Assembly (NCBI GenBank): GCA_934122115.1
Contig: CAKOVU010000005.1
Coordinates: forward strand, 14,596 to 78,595
Length of the DNA: 64,000 bases
Direction of reading: 5' to 3'
Origin: an uncultured Clostridia bacterium
GTDB lineage: Bacteria > Bacillota > Clostridia > TANB77 > CAG-508
Below are positions 34,789 to 45,422 of the stretch, in pieces. The notes under the pieces were generated by a model. The model had not been told where the DNA came from, made no database searches, and worked only from the letters and a program-made list of their open reading frames with translations. Each line of letters begins with the position of its first letter. The first letter of the stretch is position 1. The translations under genes and the position numbers were made by a program.

Positions 34789-36045
34789 GTGACTAAAATA
34801 GTAAAGAAGATTTTTATATTTTTATTGATTATAGTAACTTTGAATGGAGCTTTTATAAATCTGTGTTATGCTGATGATGTGGAAGAAGATGAAACAGAGG
34901 ACATTACAGAAACTGAAATTAATGAAGTAAATGAGGTTTCAAAAAATGCAGCTGAAGTACCAATATTAAACTCTAGAAGATGTGTAATATTTGACAGAAC
35001 ATCTAAAACTGTAATGTACGGTAAAAACGAAGAATTAAGATCCGCTATGGCCTCGACAACAAAGATAATGACTGCAACTATAGCTCTTGAAAATGGCAAT
35101 TTGCAAGATGAAATAACAATAGATAGAAAAGCAGCGGGTACAGGTGGATCTAGGTTAGGTTTAAAAAGAGGAGACAAAATAACATTAAATGATTTACTTT
35201 ATGGACTAATGCTTAGGTCTGGCAATGATGCAGCAGTAGCAATTGCAGAACATATAGGAGGAAGTGTAGAAGGTTTTGCAGAACTGATGAACCAAAAAGC
35301 GACAGAGCTAGGATTAAAAGACACTCATTTTGTAACACCACATGGTTTGGATAGCAGCGAACATTATACAACAGCGTTGGAACTAGCGAAATTAACAGAT
35401 TATGCATTAAAAAATGAAAAGTTTGCTAAAATAGTTGCAACAAAGAGTACAACAATAAGCATAAATGGCAATCCGCGACAATTATCTAATACAAACGAGT
35501 TATTAGGAGTTTTAAATGGGGTAATAGGAGTAAAAACTGGTTTTACAAATGGTGCAGGCAGATGCTTAGTTACAGAAACAAAAAGAGGAGATACAGATAT
35601 AATAGTGGTTGTACTTGGGGCCGATACAAAGAAAGATAGAACCAAAGATAGCATAAAATTAATAGAATACGCATTTGCAAACTTTACAAAAGTTAACATA
35701 AAAGAAAAAGCTATAGAGGAATTTGAAAAATGGGAAAGAATAAATAGAAATAGAATTTTAATAATAAAAGGTCAAAAAGATACAATAAGTTTAGACATTG
35801 GTAAAATTAATACCGAAACAATACCAGTAAAGGAAACAGACAAATTAGAAATAACAATTAACACTATAAATCAACTGAAAGCCCCTGTTGAGAAAAACAC
35901 AAAAGTAGGAACTATTATAATAAAACTAAATGATAATATAATAGATTCGATTGATATAGTGTGTGGCGAAAAGATAGAGCGAAAAACATGGCTAGATTAC
36001 TTTAAAGAAAATTTACAAATTTGTCGAACGATTTTTGAGATTTAA
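34789..36045 (+). CDS. D-alanyl-D-alanine carboxypeptidase (PBP5 family)
   Basis: Signal peptide. SxxK (ASTTK), SGN and KTG boxes. GTG start. Confidence 0.85.
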   Translation: MTKIVKKIFIFLLIIVTLNGAFINLCYADDVEEDETEDITETEINEVNEVSKNAAEVPILNSRRCVIFDRTSKTVMYGKNEELRSAMASTTKIMTATIALENGNLQDEITIDRKAAGTGGSRLGLKRGDKITLNDLLYGLMLRSGNDAAVAIAEHIGGSVEGFAELMNQKATELGLKDTHFVTPHGLDSSEHYTTALELAKLTDYALKNEKFAKIVATKSTTISINGNPRQLSNTNELLGVLNGVIGVKTGFTNGAGRCLVTETKRGDTDIIVVVLGADTKKDRTKDSIKLIEYAFANFTKVNIKEKAIEEFEKWERINRNRILIIKGQKDTISLDIGKINTETIPVKETDKLEITINTINQLKAPVEKNTKVGTIIIKLNDNIIDSIDIVCGEKIERKTWLDYFKENLQICRTIFEI

Positions 36046-36057
36046 TTTGAGTAATTA

Positions 36058-36086
36058 TTGACTTTTTTGTTTATATGGTTTATTAT
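36058..36086 (+). promoter_or_regulatory. Candidate promoter of a small RNA
   Basis: TTGACT, 17-nt spacer, TATTAT. Confidence 0.45.
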
Positions 36087-36092
36087 ATATTC

Positions 36093-36169
36093 ATACGAAT
36101 AACAGCAAAAAAATTCGTTTATGTTACTTAAAAACAACACCCACATCTGCGAATGTGGGTGTTTCTCTT
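36093..36169 (+). ncRNA. Candidate ~77-nt small RNA (antitoxin-like)
   Basis: Bounded by the promoter at 36058-36086 and the hairpin at 36137-36162. Has a 5' hairpin ACGAAT/ATTCGT. Its 5' part is a diverged copy of the antisense of the peptide gene at 36185-36247. Confidence 0.4.
36137..36162. terminator. GC-rich bidirectional terminator hairpin
   Basis: ACACCCACAT / ATGTGGGTGT 10-bp stem. U-rich tracts on both strands (TTTCTCTT on plus, TGTTTTT on minus). Confidence 0.65.
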
Positions 36170-36174
36170 ATGTA

Positions 36175-36202
36175 TTGACACTTATTAAAATAGTTTTAAA
36201 AT
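36175..36202 (+). promoter_or_regulatory. Candidate plus-strand promoter antisense to the peptide gene
   Basis: TTGACA, 16-nt spacer, TAAAAT. Confidence 0.35.
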
Positions 36203-36247
36203 TAAGTATATAAGTATCAATACGCATAACAGCAAAAAACTTTTCAT
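36185..36247 (-). CDS. 20-aa hydrophobic peptide, type-I-toxin-like candidate
   Basis: Hand-translated: MKSFLLLCVLILIYLILKLF. GGAGG lies 9 nt upstream of the ATG. The terminator hairpin lies about 25 nt downstream on the same strand. Confidence 0.4.
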   Translation of the reverse strand: MKSFLLLCVLILIYLILKLF

Positions 36248-36388
36248 TTTATGCTACCTCCTCTCAATATAGACTCTCTATAAAAGAGGTAAAATAAGTA
36301 TACAACATAATAGAACTAAAATAAAGAAAAATCGTATATGAAAAATCGACAAAAGCTTACGGAAACTTAAAAAAATCAAAATAATACA

Positions 36389-36417
36389 TTGACTTTACTG
36401 GCATGATATGGTAAAAT
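36389..36417 (+). promoter_or_regulatory. Candidate rpsL (str operon) promoter
   Basis: TTGACT, 17-nt spacer, TGgTAAAAT (extended -10). Confidence 0.5.
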
Positions 36418-36482
36418 AAAAAAGCTAGTGTGAAAGTATTTTGTTTATACTAGCAATAAGAAAATCAGGAGGTGAATTTTAA

Positions 36483-36896
36483 GTGCCAACAATTAATCAA
36501 TTAGTAAGAAAAGGAAGAAAAACAACTACAACAAAATCTACATCACCAGCTCTTCAACATGGATTTAACTCTATGAAGAAGAAGGTAACAGATAGGAGAG
36601 CTCCACAAAAAAGAGGAGTTTGTACTGTTGTTAAAACTGTTACACCTAAGAAGCCAAACTCAGCATTAAGAAAAGTTGCCAGAGTTAAGCTTTCAAACGG
36701 ATATGAAGTAACTTCTTATATTCCAGGAATCGGACACAACTTACAAGAGCATAGTGTTGTTCTAATAAGAGGAGGAAGAGTAAAAGACCTTCCAGGTGTT
36801 AGATACCACATCATAAGAGGAACTTTAGATACAGCAGGTGTTAAAGACAGAATGCAAGGTAGATCTAAGTACGGAGCTAAAAAGCCTAAAAAATAA
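36483..36896 (+). CDS. rpsL: 30S ribosomal protein S12
   Basis: [11 protein letters not shown] and [10 protein letters not shown] motifs. GTG start after AGGAGGTG. Confidence 0.97.
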   Translation: MPTINQLVRKGRKTTTTKSTSPALQHGFNSMKKKVTDRRAPQKRGVCTVVKTVTPKKPNSALRKVARVKLSNGYEVTSYIPGIGHNLQEHSVVLIRGGRVKDLPGVRYHIIRGTLDTAGVKDRMQGRSKYGAKKPKK

Positions 36897-37067
36897 AGCT
36901 TAGACAATTTATGGTGCGTATAACTTACTAATTTAAGGTACTTAAATTTAGCATAGATTATAAGCACTAAACTGAAAAAGTTTCGAGAAGTATTAGTATT
37001 GAACTTTTTAGAGTACCTGTGATACTAGGTAAATATTAGTATCAAATTTAAAAAGGAGGGAAGAATA

Positions 37068-37538
37068 GTGCCAAGAAAAGGATATATAGCAAAAAGAGAA
37101 GTTTTACCAGACCCAATGTATAATAGCAAAGTTGTTACAAAATTAATCAACAATGTTATGTTAGATGGTAAGAAAACAGTTGCTCAAACAATCGTTTATG
37201 ATGCATTTGATATTATAAAAGAAAAAGAGCAAAAAAATCCATTAGAGGTATTTGAAGAAGCACTAAACAATGTAATGCCAGTTCTAGAAGTTAAAGCAAG
37301 AAGAATTGGTGGTGCAACATACCAAGTACCACTAGAAATTAGACCAGAAAGAAGACAAACTTTAGGTTTAAGATGGTTAGTAACATATGCAAGAAACAGA
37401 CATGAAAAAACAATGGCTGAAAAACTTGCAGCTGAAATAATGGATGCAGTAAGCGGTAATGGTGGAGCATTCAAGAAGAAAGAAGATATGCATAAAATGG
37501 CTGAAGCTAATAAGGCTTTTGCTCATTACAAATTCTAA
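37068..37538 (+). CDS. rpsG: 30S ribosomal protein S7
   Basis: [12 protein letters not shown] motif. GTG start after AGGAGGG. Confidence 0.97.
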   Translation: MPRKGYIAKREVLPDPMYNSKVVTKLINNVMLDGKKTVAQTIVYDAFDIIKEKEQKNPLEVFEEALNNVMPVLEVKARRIGGATYQVPLEIRPERRQTLGLRWLVTYARNRHEKTMAEKLAAEIMDAVSGNGGAFKKKEDMHKMAEANKAFAHYKF

Positions 37539-37579
37539 GATTAGATATTAAAATATCCTAAAAGAAGGAGGAAAAATAA

Positions 37580-39670
37580 ATGGCTGAAACTAAAAGAGAT
37601 ATGCCTTTAGAGAAAGTTAGAAATATAGGAATTATGGCTCACATTGATGCTGGTAAAACAACAACAACAGAGAGAATACTTTTCTATACAGGAAAAACAC
37701 ACAAAATAGGCGAAGTTCATGAAGGCGAAGCTACTATGGACTGGATGGTTCAAGAGCAAGAAAGAGGTATAACAATTACTTCTGCTGCTACAACTTGCCA
37801 TTGGTTAGGACATAGAATAAATATAATAGATACTCCTGGTCACGTTGACTTCACAGTAGAAGTTGAAAGATCATTAAGAGTTCTAGATAGTGCTATACTT
37901 GTACTTGCAGCTAAAGGTGGAGTTCAACCACAATCAGAAACAGTTTGGAGACAAGCTGATAAATATGAAGTACCTAGAATGGTATATGTAAACAAAATGG
38001 ACATTACAGGTGCTGATTTTTATGGCTGTGTAGACCAAATAAAAAATAGATTAGGAGCTCATCCTGTTCCAATTCAATTACCAATAGGAGCAGAAGACAA
38101 TTTCCAAGGAATTGTAGACCTAATCAAAATGAGAGCATTTATTCATAAAGACGATTTAGGAAAAGAAATCGAAGAGACAGAAATTCCTGAAGATATGAAG
38201 GCAGATGCTGAAAAATATAGATCAGAAATGATTGAAGCAGCAGCAGAACAAGATGATGAATTAATGATGAAATATCTTGAAGGTGAAGAACTAACTGCTG
38301 AAGAAATCAAAAAAGGTTTAAGAAAAGGAACTATATCTAACAGCTTAATATTAGTAACTTGTGGATCATCTTACAAAAACAAAGGTGTTCAAGAGTTATT
38401 AAATGCTGTAGTAGATTACCTACCATCACCATTAGATATTCCAAATATTAAGGGTGTAGATGAAGATGGAAATGAAGTTGAAAGAGTAACTTCAGATTCA
38501 GAACCTTTTTCAGCTTTAGCATTTAAGATTGCAACAGATCCTTTCGTAGGAAAATTATGCTTCTTCAGAGTATACTCTGGAACATTAGAAGCAGGTTCAA
38601 CAATATTAAATGCAAACAAAGATAAAAAAGACAGAATTGGAAGAATTTTGTTAATGCACGCAAACCATAGAGAAGATATAACAAAAGTATATGCAGGAGA
38701 TATAGCTGCAGCAGTTGGTTTAAAAGAAGTATCAACTGGTGATACACTATGTGATCCAGCACATCCAGTAATATTAGAATCTATGGAATTCCCAGAGCCG
38801 GTTATCGATATAGCTATTGAGCCAAAAGATAAGGCTAACAGCGAAAAAATGGGAATAGCTTTAGCAAAACTTGCCGAAGAAGATCCAACATTCAAAACAT
38901 GGACAGATCAAGAAAGTGGTCAAACAATTATAGCTGGTATGGGTGAGTTACACTTAGACATTATAGTTGATAGATTAAAAAGAGAGTTCAAAGTTGAATG
39001 TACTGTAGGTAAGCCACAAGTTTCTTATAAAGAAACAATTAGAAATAAAGTTAAAGTTCAAGGAAAATTCATTCGTCAATCAGGTGGTCGTGGACAATAT
39101 GGTGATGTTTGGTTAGAAATGGAACCATTAGAGCCAGGAAAAGGTATTGAATTTGAGAGCAAAATCGTTGGTGGTGCTGTTCCAAAGGAATATATCAAAC
39201 CTATTGAAGATGGTGTAAGAGAAGCCGCATTAAGTGGTATCTTAGCTGGATATCCAGTAATAGATTTCAAAGCAACTTTAGTTGATGGTTCTTACCACGA
39301 AGTTGACTCTTCAGAAATGGCGTTCAAAATAGCAGGTTCTATGGCATTCAAAGAAGGATGTAAACAAGGTAAATCTGTATTATTAGAGCCTATCATGAAG
39401 GTTGAAGTTACAGTCCCAGAAGAATACATGGGAGACGTTATTGGAGATATAAACTCTAGACGTGGAAGAATGGAAGGAATGGAAGCAAGATCTGGTAACC
39501 AAATAATTAGAGGATTTATTCCACTATCAGAAATGTTTGGTTATGCAACAGACTTACGTTCTAAGACACAAGGAAGAGGAACATACTCAATGGAACCAAG
39601 CCATTATGAAGAAGTTCCAAAATCAGTATTAGAACAAATAGTTTCTTCAAGAGCAAAAAAATCTGAATAA
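37580..39670 (+). CDS. fusA: Elongation factor G
   Basis: [17 protein letters not shown] and NKMD motifs. Confidence 0.97.
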   Translation: MAETKRDMPLEKVRNIGIMAHIDAGKTTTTERILFYTGKTHKIGEVHEGEATMDWMVQEQERGITITSAATTCHWLGHRINIIDTPGHVDFTVEVERSLRVLDSAILVLAAKGGVQPQSETVWRQADKYEVPRMVYVNKMDITGADFYGCVDQIKNRLGAHPVPIQLPIGAEDNFQGIVDLIKMRAFIHKDDLGKEIEETEIPEDMKADAEKYRSEMIEAAAEQDDELMMKYLEGEELTAEEIKKGLRKGTISNSLILVTCGSSYKNKGVQELLNAVVDYLPSPLDIPNIKGVDEDGNEVERVTSDSEPFSALAFKIATDPFVGKLCFFRVYSGTLEAGSTILNANKDKKDRIGRILLMHANHREDITKVYAGDIAAAVGLKEVSTGDTLCDPAHPVILESMEFPEPVIDIAIEPKDKANSEKMGIALAKLAEEDPTFKTWTDQESGQTIIAGMGELHLDIIVDRLKREFKVECTVGKPQVSYKETIRNKVKVQGKFIRQSGGRGQYGDVWLEMEPLEPGKGIEFESKIVGGAVPKEYIKPIEDGVREAALSGILAGYPVIDFKATLVDGSYHEVDSSEMAFKIAGSMAFKEGCKQGKSVLLEPIMKVEVTVPEEYMGDVIGDINSRRGRMEGMEARSGNQIIRGFIPLSEMFGYATDLRSKTQGRGTYSMEPSHYEEVPKSVLEQIVSSRAKKSE

Positions 39671-39714
39671 GATTAATATTTATAATAGTTAAAACACAAA
39701 AAAGTGTAAAACTA

Positions 39715-39743
39715 TTGCAAAATTTATAAAAATATTATAAAAT
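39715..39743 (+). promoter_or_regulatory. Candidate internal promoter for tuf
   Basis: TTGCAA, 17-nt spacer, TAAAAT. Confidence 0.35.
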
Positions 39744-39801
39744 GCTTATGCATGGTAGAAGTAAGAAGGTAGACTTCTAAAATATAAAGGAGGAATTTAA
39801 A

Positions 39802-41001
39802 ATGGCAAAGGAAAAATTTGTTAGATCAAAGCCACACGTTAACATTGGTACAATCGGACACGTTGACCATGGTAAAACAACAACAACAGCAGCTATTACA
39901 AAATACTTAAGCTTATTAGGAAAAGCTAAATATGAAGCATACGATCAAATCGATGGTGCTCCAGAAGAAAAAGCAAGAGGAATCACAATCAACACAGCAC
40001 ACGTTGAATATGAAACAGATAACAGACATTATGCACACGTTGACTGCCCAGGACACGCTGATTATGTTAAAAACATGATTACAGGTGCAGCTCAAATGGA
40101 TGGAGCAATATTAGTTGTTTCTGCAGCTGATGGACCAATGCCTCAAACAAGAGAGCATATACTATTAGCAAGACAAGTTGGTGTTAAATATATCGTTGTT
40201 TACTTAAACAAATGCGATATGGTTGACGATCCAGAATTATTAGAATTAGTTGAAATGGAAGTTAGAGACCTATTAACAGAATACGGTTTCCCAGGAGATG
40301 AAATTCCAGTAATAAAAGGATCTTCATTAAAAGTTCTAGAAAGCACATCAACAGATCCAAATGCACCAGAATATCAATGCATGAAAGAATTAATGGATGC
40401 AGTTGATAACTATATCCCAACACCAGAAAGACCAGTTGACCAACCATTCTTAATGCCTATAGAAGACGTTATGACAATTACAGGTCGTGGAACAGTTGTT
40501 ACTGGTAGAGTTGAAAGAGGACAAGTAAAATTACAAGACGAAGTTGAAATAGTTGGTATTAAACCATCTACAAAAACTGTAGTAACAGGTGTTGAAATGT
40601 TTAGAAAATTGTTAGATCAAGCAGAAGCTGGAGATAACATCGGTGTTCTATTAAGAGGTGTACAAAGAACAGACGTTGAAAGAGGTCAAGTTCTTGCAAA
40701 ACCTGGAACAATACATCCACACACAAAATTCAAAGCTCAAGTATACGTTCTTACAAAAGAAGAAGGTGGACGTCATACACCATTCTTCAATGGATACAGA
40801 CCACAATTCTACTTCAGAACTACAGACGTTACAGGTGTAATCGATCTAGAAGCTGGAACAGAAATGGTTATGCCAGGTGATAACGTAAACATGACAATCG
40901 AATTAATCACACCAATCGCTATAGAAAAAGGACTAAGATTCGCTATCCGTGAAGGTGGTAGAACAGTAGGTTCAGGTGTTGTTGCTGATATAATCGAGTA
41001 A
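39802..41001 (+). CDS. tuf: Elongation factor Tu
   Basis: [17 protein letters not shown] and NKCD motifs. Confidence 0.97.
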   Translation: MAKEKFVRSKPHVNIGTIGHVDHGKTTTTAAITKYLSLLGKAKYEAYDQIDGAPEEKARGITINTAHVEYETDNRHYAHVDCPGHADYVKNMITGAAQMDGAILVVSAADGPMPQTREHILLARQVGVKYIVVYLNKCDMVDDPELLELVEMEVRDLLTEYGFPGDEIPVIKGSSLKVLESTSTDPNAPEYQCMKELMDAVDNYIPTPERPVDQPFLMPIEDVMTITGRGTVVTGRVERGQVKLQDEVEIVGIKPSTKTVVTGVEMFRKLLDQAEAGDNIGVLLRGVQRTDVERGQVLAKPGTIHPHTKFKAQVYVLTKEEGGRHTPFFNGYRPQFYFRTTDVTGVIDLEAGTEMVMPGDNVNMTIELITPIAIEKGLRFAIREGGRTVGSGVVADIIE

Positions 41002-41020
41002 TAATCAAAATAATATATAA

Positions 41021-41061
41021 ATAACAAGGAATACGAGAAATCGTAAACCTTGTTATTTTTT
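41021..41061 (+). terminator. Terminator after tuf
   Basis: ATAACAAGG / CCTTGTTAT outer stem with an inner TACGA/TCGTA pairing, followed by a T-run. Confidence 0.8.
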
Positions 41062-41062
41062 C

Positions 41063-41091
41063 TTGACTTTTATAGTGTTTCATTATATACT
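41063..41091 (+). promoter_or_regulatory. Candidate promoter for the SH3/NlpC-P60 gene
   Basis: TTGACT, 17-nt spacer, TATACT. Confidence 0.4.
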
Positions 41092-41122
41092 GATACCGAA
41101 AATATCAAAAGGAGTATTATAT

Positions 41123-42379
41123 ATGAAACATAAATTACTATATATAATAGCAATATTAATTACACTAATGATAATGTTTTCAGCCAATATATATGCCGAT
41201 ACAGCAACAGTAAATACAGAAACCTTAAATCTAAGAAAAGAAGCTTCAACAAGTTCGAGTATAGTAGAATTATTAAATATGAATACAGAACTAGAAATTA
41301 TAGAAGAATCTGGAGACTGGTATAAAGTAAAGCATGGCAACAATACTGGATATGTAAAAAAAGAATATGTAAAAGTTAAAGAAACTACAGAAAATAACAC
41401 AAACCCTACTACTGAAGAAGTTAACAATACAGTAACTGAAGAAACAACAGGGAAATCTATTACTAAAGTAAAATCAAAATTAAGATTGACTCCATCAATG
41501 AATGCAAATATTATTGAAAACATTGAAGCAAATGAAGAGATAACAATAATATCAAAAACAAATAAATGGGCTTTTATAGATTACAAAGATGTAACAGGGT
41601 GGGTTCCACTAAATAATATTGGCCAATCTACTGGAGCAGAACAAATAAAAGAAGATACACCTAGTGAAATGCCAGAAGAGAATAAAGAAGATAATAACGA
41701 TACTAGCAATGTAGAAAATACAGAAACCAAAGATACTTCTGTAACATATGAAAAAACATCAACAAAATATGTAAATACAACTTCTGTATATGTAAGAGAA
41801 AAAGCAACAACAGATTCTAAAATAATTACTACTCTTATAAAAAATACAGATGTAATAGTAACTGGGGAAGAAAACGATTGGTACAAAGTAAAATATGATA
41901 CAATAACAGGATACATCAGAAAAGATTTACTATCAGATAGTAAGCAAGAAGCAACTTCTAGAAGCAGCCTTCCAAGAGAAACAACAGAAACTGAAACTAC
42001 TAGTATGGGTCAAGAAATTGTAGACTATGCAAAACAATATTTAGGCTATCCATATGTATATGGAGGTTCAGGAAGCAGTTCGTTTGACTGCTCAGGATTT
42101 ACAATGTATGTATACAAAAAATTTGGATATAATCTAAGCCATTCTGCAACAGCACAATCAAAATGTGGAGAATATGTTGCAAAAGAAGATTTACAGGCTG
42201 GTGATTTAGTATTCTTCTTAGATTATGAAACAATGGATGGAATAGGCCATTGTGGAATATACATAGGAGATGGTAATTTTATACATGCATCATCAGGAAC
42301 AGGATATTGTGTAAAGATATCAACACTACTATCAGGAAGCTATAATAAAAGATATGCTACAGCAAGAAGGCTAATATAA
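41123..42379 (+). CDS. Secreted cell-wall endopeptidase, 3x SH3b plus NlpC/P60
   Basis: Signal peptide. Three copies of the SH3b pattern (WYKVK..GYV/I.K.Y). C-terminal FDCSGF ... GHCGIY. ATG at 41123 follows AAAGGAG. Confidence 0.85.
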   Translation: MKHKLLYIIAILITLMIMFSANIYADTATVNTETLNLRKEASTSSSIVELLNMNTELEIIEESGDWYKVKHGNNTGYVKKEYVKVKETTENNTNPTTEEVNNTVTEETTGKSITKVKSKLRLTPSMNANIIENIEANEEITIISKTNKWAFIDYKDVTGWVPLNNIGQSTGAEQIKEDTPSEMPEENKEDNNDTSNVENTETKDTSVTYEKTSTKYVNTTSVYVREKATTDSKIITTLIKNTDVIVTGEENDWYKVKYDTITGYIRKDLLSDSKQEATSRSSLPRETTETETTSMGQEIVDYAKQYLGYPYVYGGSGSSSFDCSGFTMYVYKKFGYNLSHSATAQSKCGEYVAKEDLQAGDLVFFLDYETMDGIGHCGIYIGDGNFIHASSGTGYCVKISTLLSGSYNKRYATARRLI

Positions 42380-42410
42380 ATTTTAAATAGGGCAATAGAA
42401 AGAGAGGATA

Positions 42411-44726
42411 ATGAAAAGACCACTACTTATTGCCGCTATTGCATATATAAATGGAATATTAATAGGGGTATACTTAAGTAAAAGTATACCTTTATTTGTT
42501 ATATTATCTATAATCGTAAGCTTAATTACATCTTTTAAAAAGAATACATATAGAAACGCAATTTGTATGTATTTAATAGTTATGTGTATTTCTTCTATAT
42601 ATGTGTATAATAAAAATTTGAATTATGAAAGCAAATATAAAAAATATGATAATAAAAACATTTCTATAGAAGGAACTATTATAAGTGATATTGAAGAAAA
42701 GGAGTATAATTATACATTTACAATAAGAACGAAAGACGATTATTTTCTTGTGAATCTGAAGAAAAATAAAGAAGAGGTAAATTTAGAATATGGTAACAAA
42801 CTGCAGATTTTGGGAGAATACCAAGAACCAAACAAGGCTAGAAATTACCAAGGGTTTGATTATAAAAACTATTTAAAAACAAATAAAATTTATGGAATTA
42901 TAAGAGTCGATTCATATGCAAATATAATAATAAAACAGAAGAAAAATTTATCAAATTTTAAATTATTTATACATAAAATTAGGGAAATGCTAAAACAGAA
43001 TATACAAGAATTACTAACAAAAAAAACATATGCATTAGGGATTGGAATATTAATTGGAGATAATAGTAGAATTGATGAGCAAATAGTGGAAGATTTTAAA
43101 AATAGCAATTTATCGCATATGCTTGCAGTATCAGGAGCACATATAAATTATGTAGTGTTAACCGTTAGTATTTTGTTCACTAAAAAACGAGCGGGAATAA
43201 AAGCTCAAAGAGTAGTAACTATTATGATGATGCTATTTTTTATGGAACTTACACAAATGACTCCATCTGTTGTTAGGGCTGGAATTTCATGCATAATATA
43301 CATGCTCGCAAGTTTGCTATATAGAAAAGCAGATGTTATAAATGCAATGGCTATTTCTACTTTATTGATATTATTAAACAATCCATTTAACTTGTTTAAT
43401 ATTGGCTTTCAATTATCATATGCAGGCACATTAGGAATAATTTTATTTTGTAAATTGATAGACATTCCCATAAAAAATAAGTTGTTAAAATATTTAAAAG
43501 ACAGCATTATAATAAGCCTAAGTGCCAACATATTTATTATACCAATTATGATGTATCAATTTAACACAATTTCACTCACATTTATTTTATCAAATTTATT
43601 GGCAGGTCCATTGCTAGGAATATCTATAATATTAGAAATTATAGTTCTTTTAATCTCTTTTATATCTATAAATATTGCGGCTATTCCAGCCAAAGTCTTA
43701 AACATTTTATTAATTCTTATAATAAATATTGCAAATTGGTTTAGCAATATAGAAATCTCAAAAATATATGTAATTACTCCCCAAATAATATCAATAGTAG
43801 CATATTATTTAATTTGTGCTGCAATAATTTTAAAGCAGAAAAATAGAAAAGTAATAGTGATTATAATGTTAACAGTATTAATAGTTAATTTTTTTCCAAC
43901 ACCAAAGAAACTAAGAATTAATTTTATAGATGTTGGGCAAGGGGATAGCACATTAATACGAACCGAAACTAACAAAGTGATATTAATAGATAGTGGAGGA
44001 AGCACTGCGGCAAGTAGTTTTGATGTTGGAAACAAGGTTTTACTGCCATATTTATTGGACAGAAGAATTAAAAAAATCGATTTTATAATAGTATCACACT
44101 TTGATGCTGACCATTGCCAAGCTTTTGAAACTGTAATAGATAATATTAATGTAGAAAAGGTTGTGGTTTGCAAACAATCAATGATTACACAAGAATATTT
44201 AAATATTATAAATAAGTGCAGAGAGAAAAATATAAAGGTAATTGTTGTAGAGAGAGGAGACAAGCTAAAAATAGATAAGAAAACAGAATTTGAGATATTA
44301 CATCCAGGAGAAAGATTTCTGGATGACGGAAAAGGTGGATTAAATGCGAATGCTATAGTGTGCAAAATGAATTACAAATTAAATAATGGCAAAACTTTTT
44401 CAATTTTATTTACAGGAGATATAGAAGTGGAAGCGGAAAAGGAGTTAGAGCAAGTGTATGGAAAAAAGTTGAAAGCAGATATATTAAAAATAGCACATCA
44501 TGGATCAAAAACATCATCTAGAGAAGAATTTATTAAGTTAGTATCACCTAAAATTGCTTTAATTGGAGTAGGAGAGAATAATAAATTTGGGCATCCGGCG
44601 GATATTACACTTGAAAGATTAGAAAAAGAAAATGTAAAGGTATATAGAACTGACAAGATGGGAGAAGTGAGTATCACAGTAAACAAAAATGGAAGAATAA
44701 AAGTAAAAACACAAATCGATTATTGA
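42411..44726 (+). CDS. comEC: DNA internalisation competence protein ComEC/Rec2
   Basis: Polytopic competence domain plus a C-terminal metallo-beta-lactamase domain (HFDADH). Confidence 0.85.
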   Translation: MKRPLLIAAIAYINGILIGVYLSKSIPLFVILSIIVSLITSFKKNTYRNAICMYLIVMCISSIYVYNKNLNYESKYKKYDNKNISIEGTIISDIEEKEYNYTFTIRTKDDYFLVNLKKNKEEVNLEYGNKLQILGEYQEPNKARNYQGFDYKNYLKTNKIYGIIRVDSYANIIIKQKKNLSNFKLFIHKIREMLKQNIQELLTKKTYALGIGILIGDNSRIDEQIVEDFKNSNLSHMLAVSGAHINYVVLTVSILFTKKRAGIKAQRVVTIMMMLFFMELTQMTPSVVRAGISCIIYMLASLLYRKADVINAMAISTLLILLNNPFNLFNIGFQLSYAGTLGIILFCKLIDIPIKNKLLKYLKDSIIISLSANIFIIPIMMYQFNTISLTFILSNLLAGPLLGISIILEIIVLLISFISINIAAIPAKVLNILLILIINIANWFSNIEISKIYVITPQIISIVAYYLICAAIILKQKNRKVIVIIMLTVLIVNFFPTPKKLRINFIDVGQGDSTLIRTETNKVILIDSGGSTAASSFDVGNKVLLPYLLDRRIKKIDFIIVSHFDADHCQAFETVIDNINVEKVVVCKQSMITQEYLNIINKCREKNIKVIVVERGDKLKIDKKTEFEILHPGERFLDDGKGGLNANAIVCKMNYKLNNGKTFSILFTGDIEVEAEKELEQVYGKKLKADILKIAHHGSKTSSREEFIKLVSPKIALIGVGENNKFGHPADITLERLEKENVKVYRTDKMGEVSITVNKNGRIKVKTQIDY

Positions 44727-44792
44727 TTGTATAAAATATTAAAAATGGTAAATAATAGTAGTATAAAAAATTAAAAGAAAGAAGTACAAGTT

Positions 44793-45383
44793 ATGAAAAA
44801 GTATTATTATGCAATAATAGTAGGAATTGCAGTGATTATTATAGTGCTACTTGCAACAGTGGTGTTATTTAATATAAGAAAAGCTAATGTGAAATATGGG
44901 AATCAAACTTTGGAGAATACACCAGTAGAAGAAAATAATACAATTGAAAGAAATAATGAGGTAGTGCGTACGAATTCATGGTCGGAAAAGATTTCTCCAA
45001 ATGCCATTATTATTTTTAATAAATATTACAAAAAATGTGATCACACAAGTGTAACTAGAGAAAATGTGGCCAATGAAATGGTGAATTTAACAGTAGATGA
45101 ATTTATGGATTTATATAGTGATTGGACTTTAAAGAGTTTTACGAGTGATGAAGTTATATTGTATAAAGAGATAGATGATGAATGTGGAGAGCATTATGTT
45201 GTAAAAACATTAGATGGCAATATAGCAATATACAAAATTAATAATGAGAATAACTTAGATTTGATAGAAAAAACGGAAATATCTATTAAATATTTGCCGC
45301 AAATAGATGTGGAAAATTTAGAACGCGGAGTAAGTTTAGTTGGAAAAGAAGAACTAAATGCATATATAGAAAATTTTGAATAA
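44793..45383 (+). CDS. Membrane-anchored BofC C-terminal-domain-like protein
   Basis: TM anchor. The segment LDGNIAIYK ... LERGVSLVGKEELNAYIENFE resembles the BofC_C pattern. Confidence 0.45.
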   Translation: MKKYYYAIIVGIAVIIIVLLATVVLFNIRKANVKYGNQTLENTPVEENNTIERNNEVVRTNSWSEKISPNAIIIFNKYYKKCDHTSVTRENVANEMVNLTVDEFMDLYSDWTLKSFTSDEVILYKEIDDECGEHYVVKTLDGNIAIYKINNENNLDLIEKTEISIKYLPQIDVENLERGVSLVGKEELNAYIENFE

Positions 45384-45422
45384 AAAATACCTTGAAGATT
45401 AAATCTCTTCAAGGTGAGTTTT
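45382..45422. terminator. Bidirectional terminator between convergent genes
   Basis: ACCTTGAAGA / TCTTCAAGGT stem flanked by an A-run and a T-run. Confidence 0.75.
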
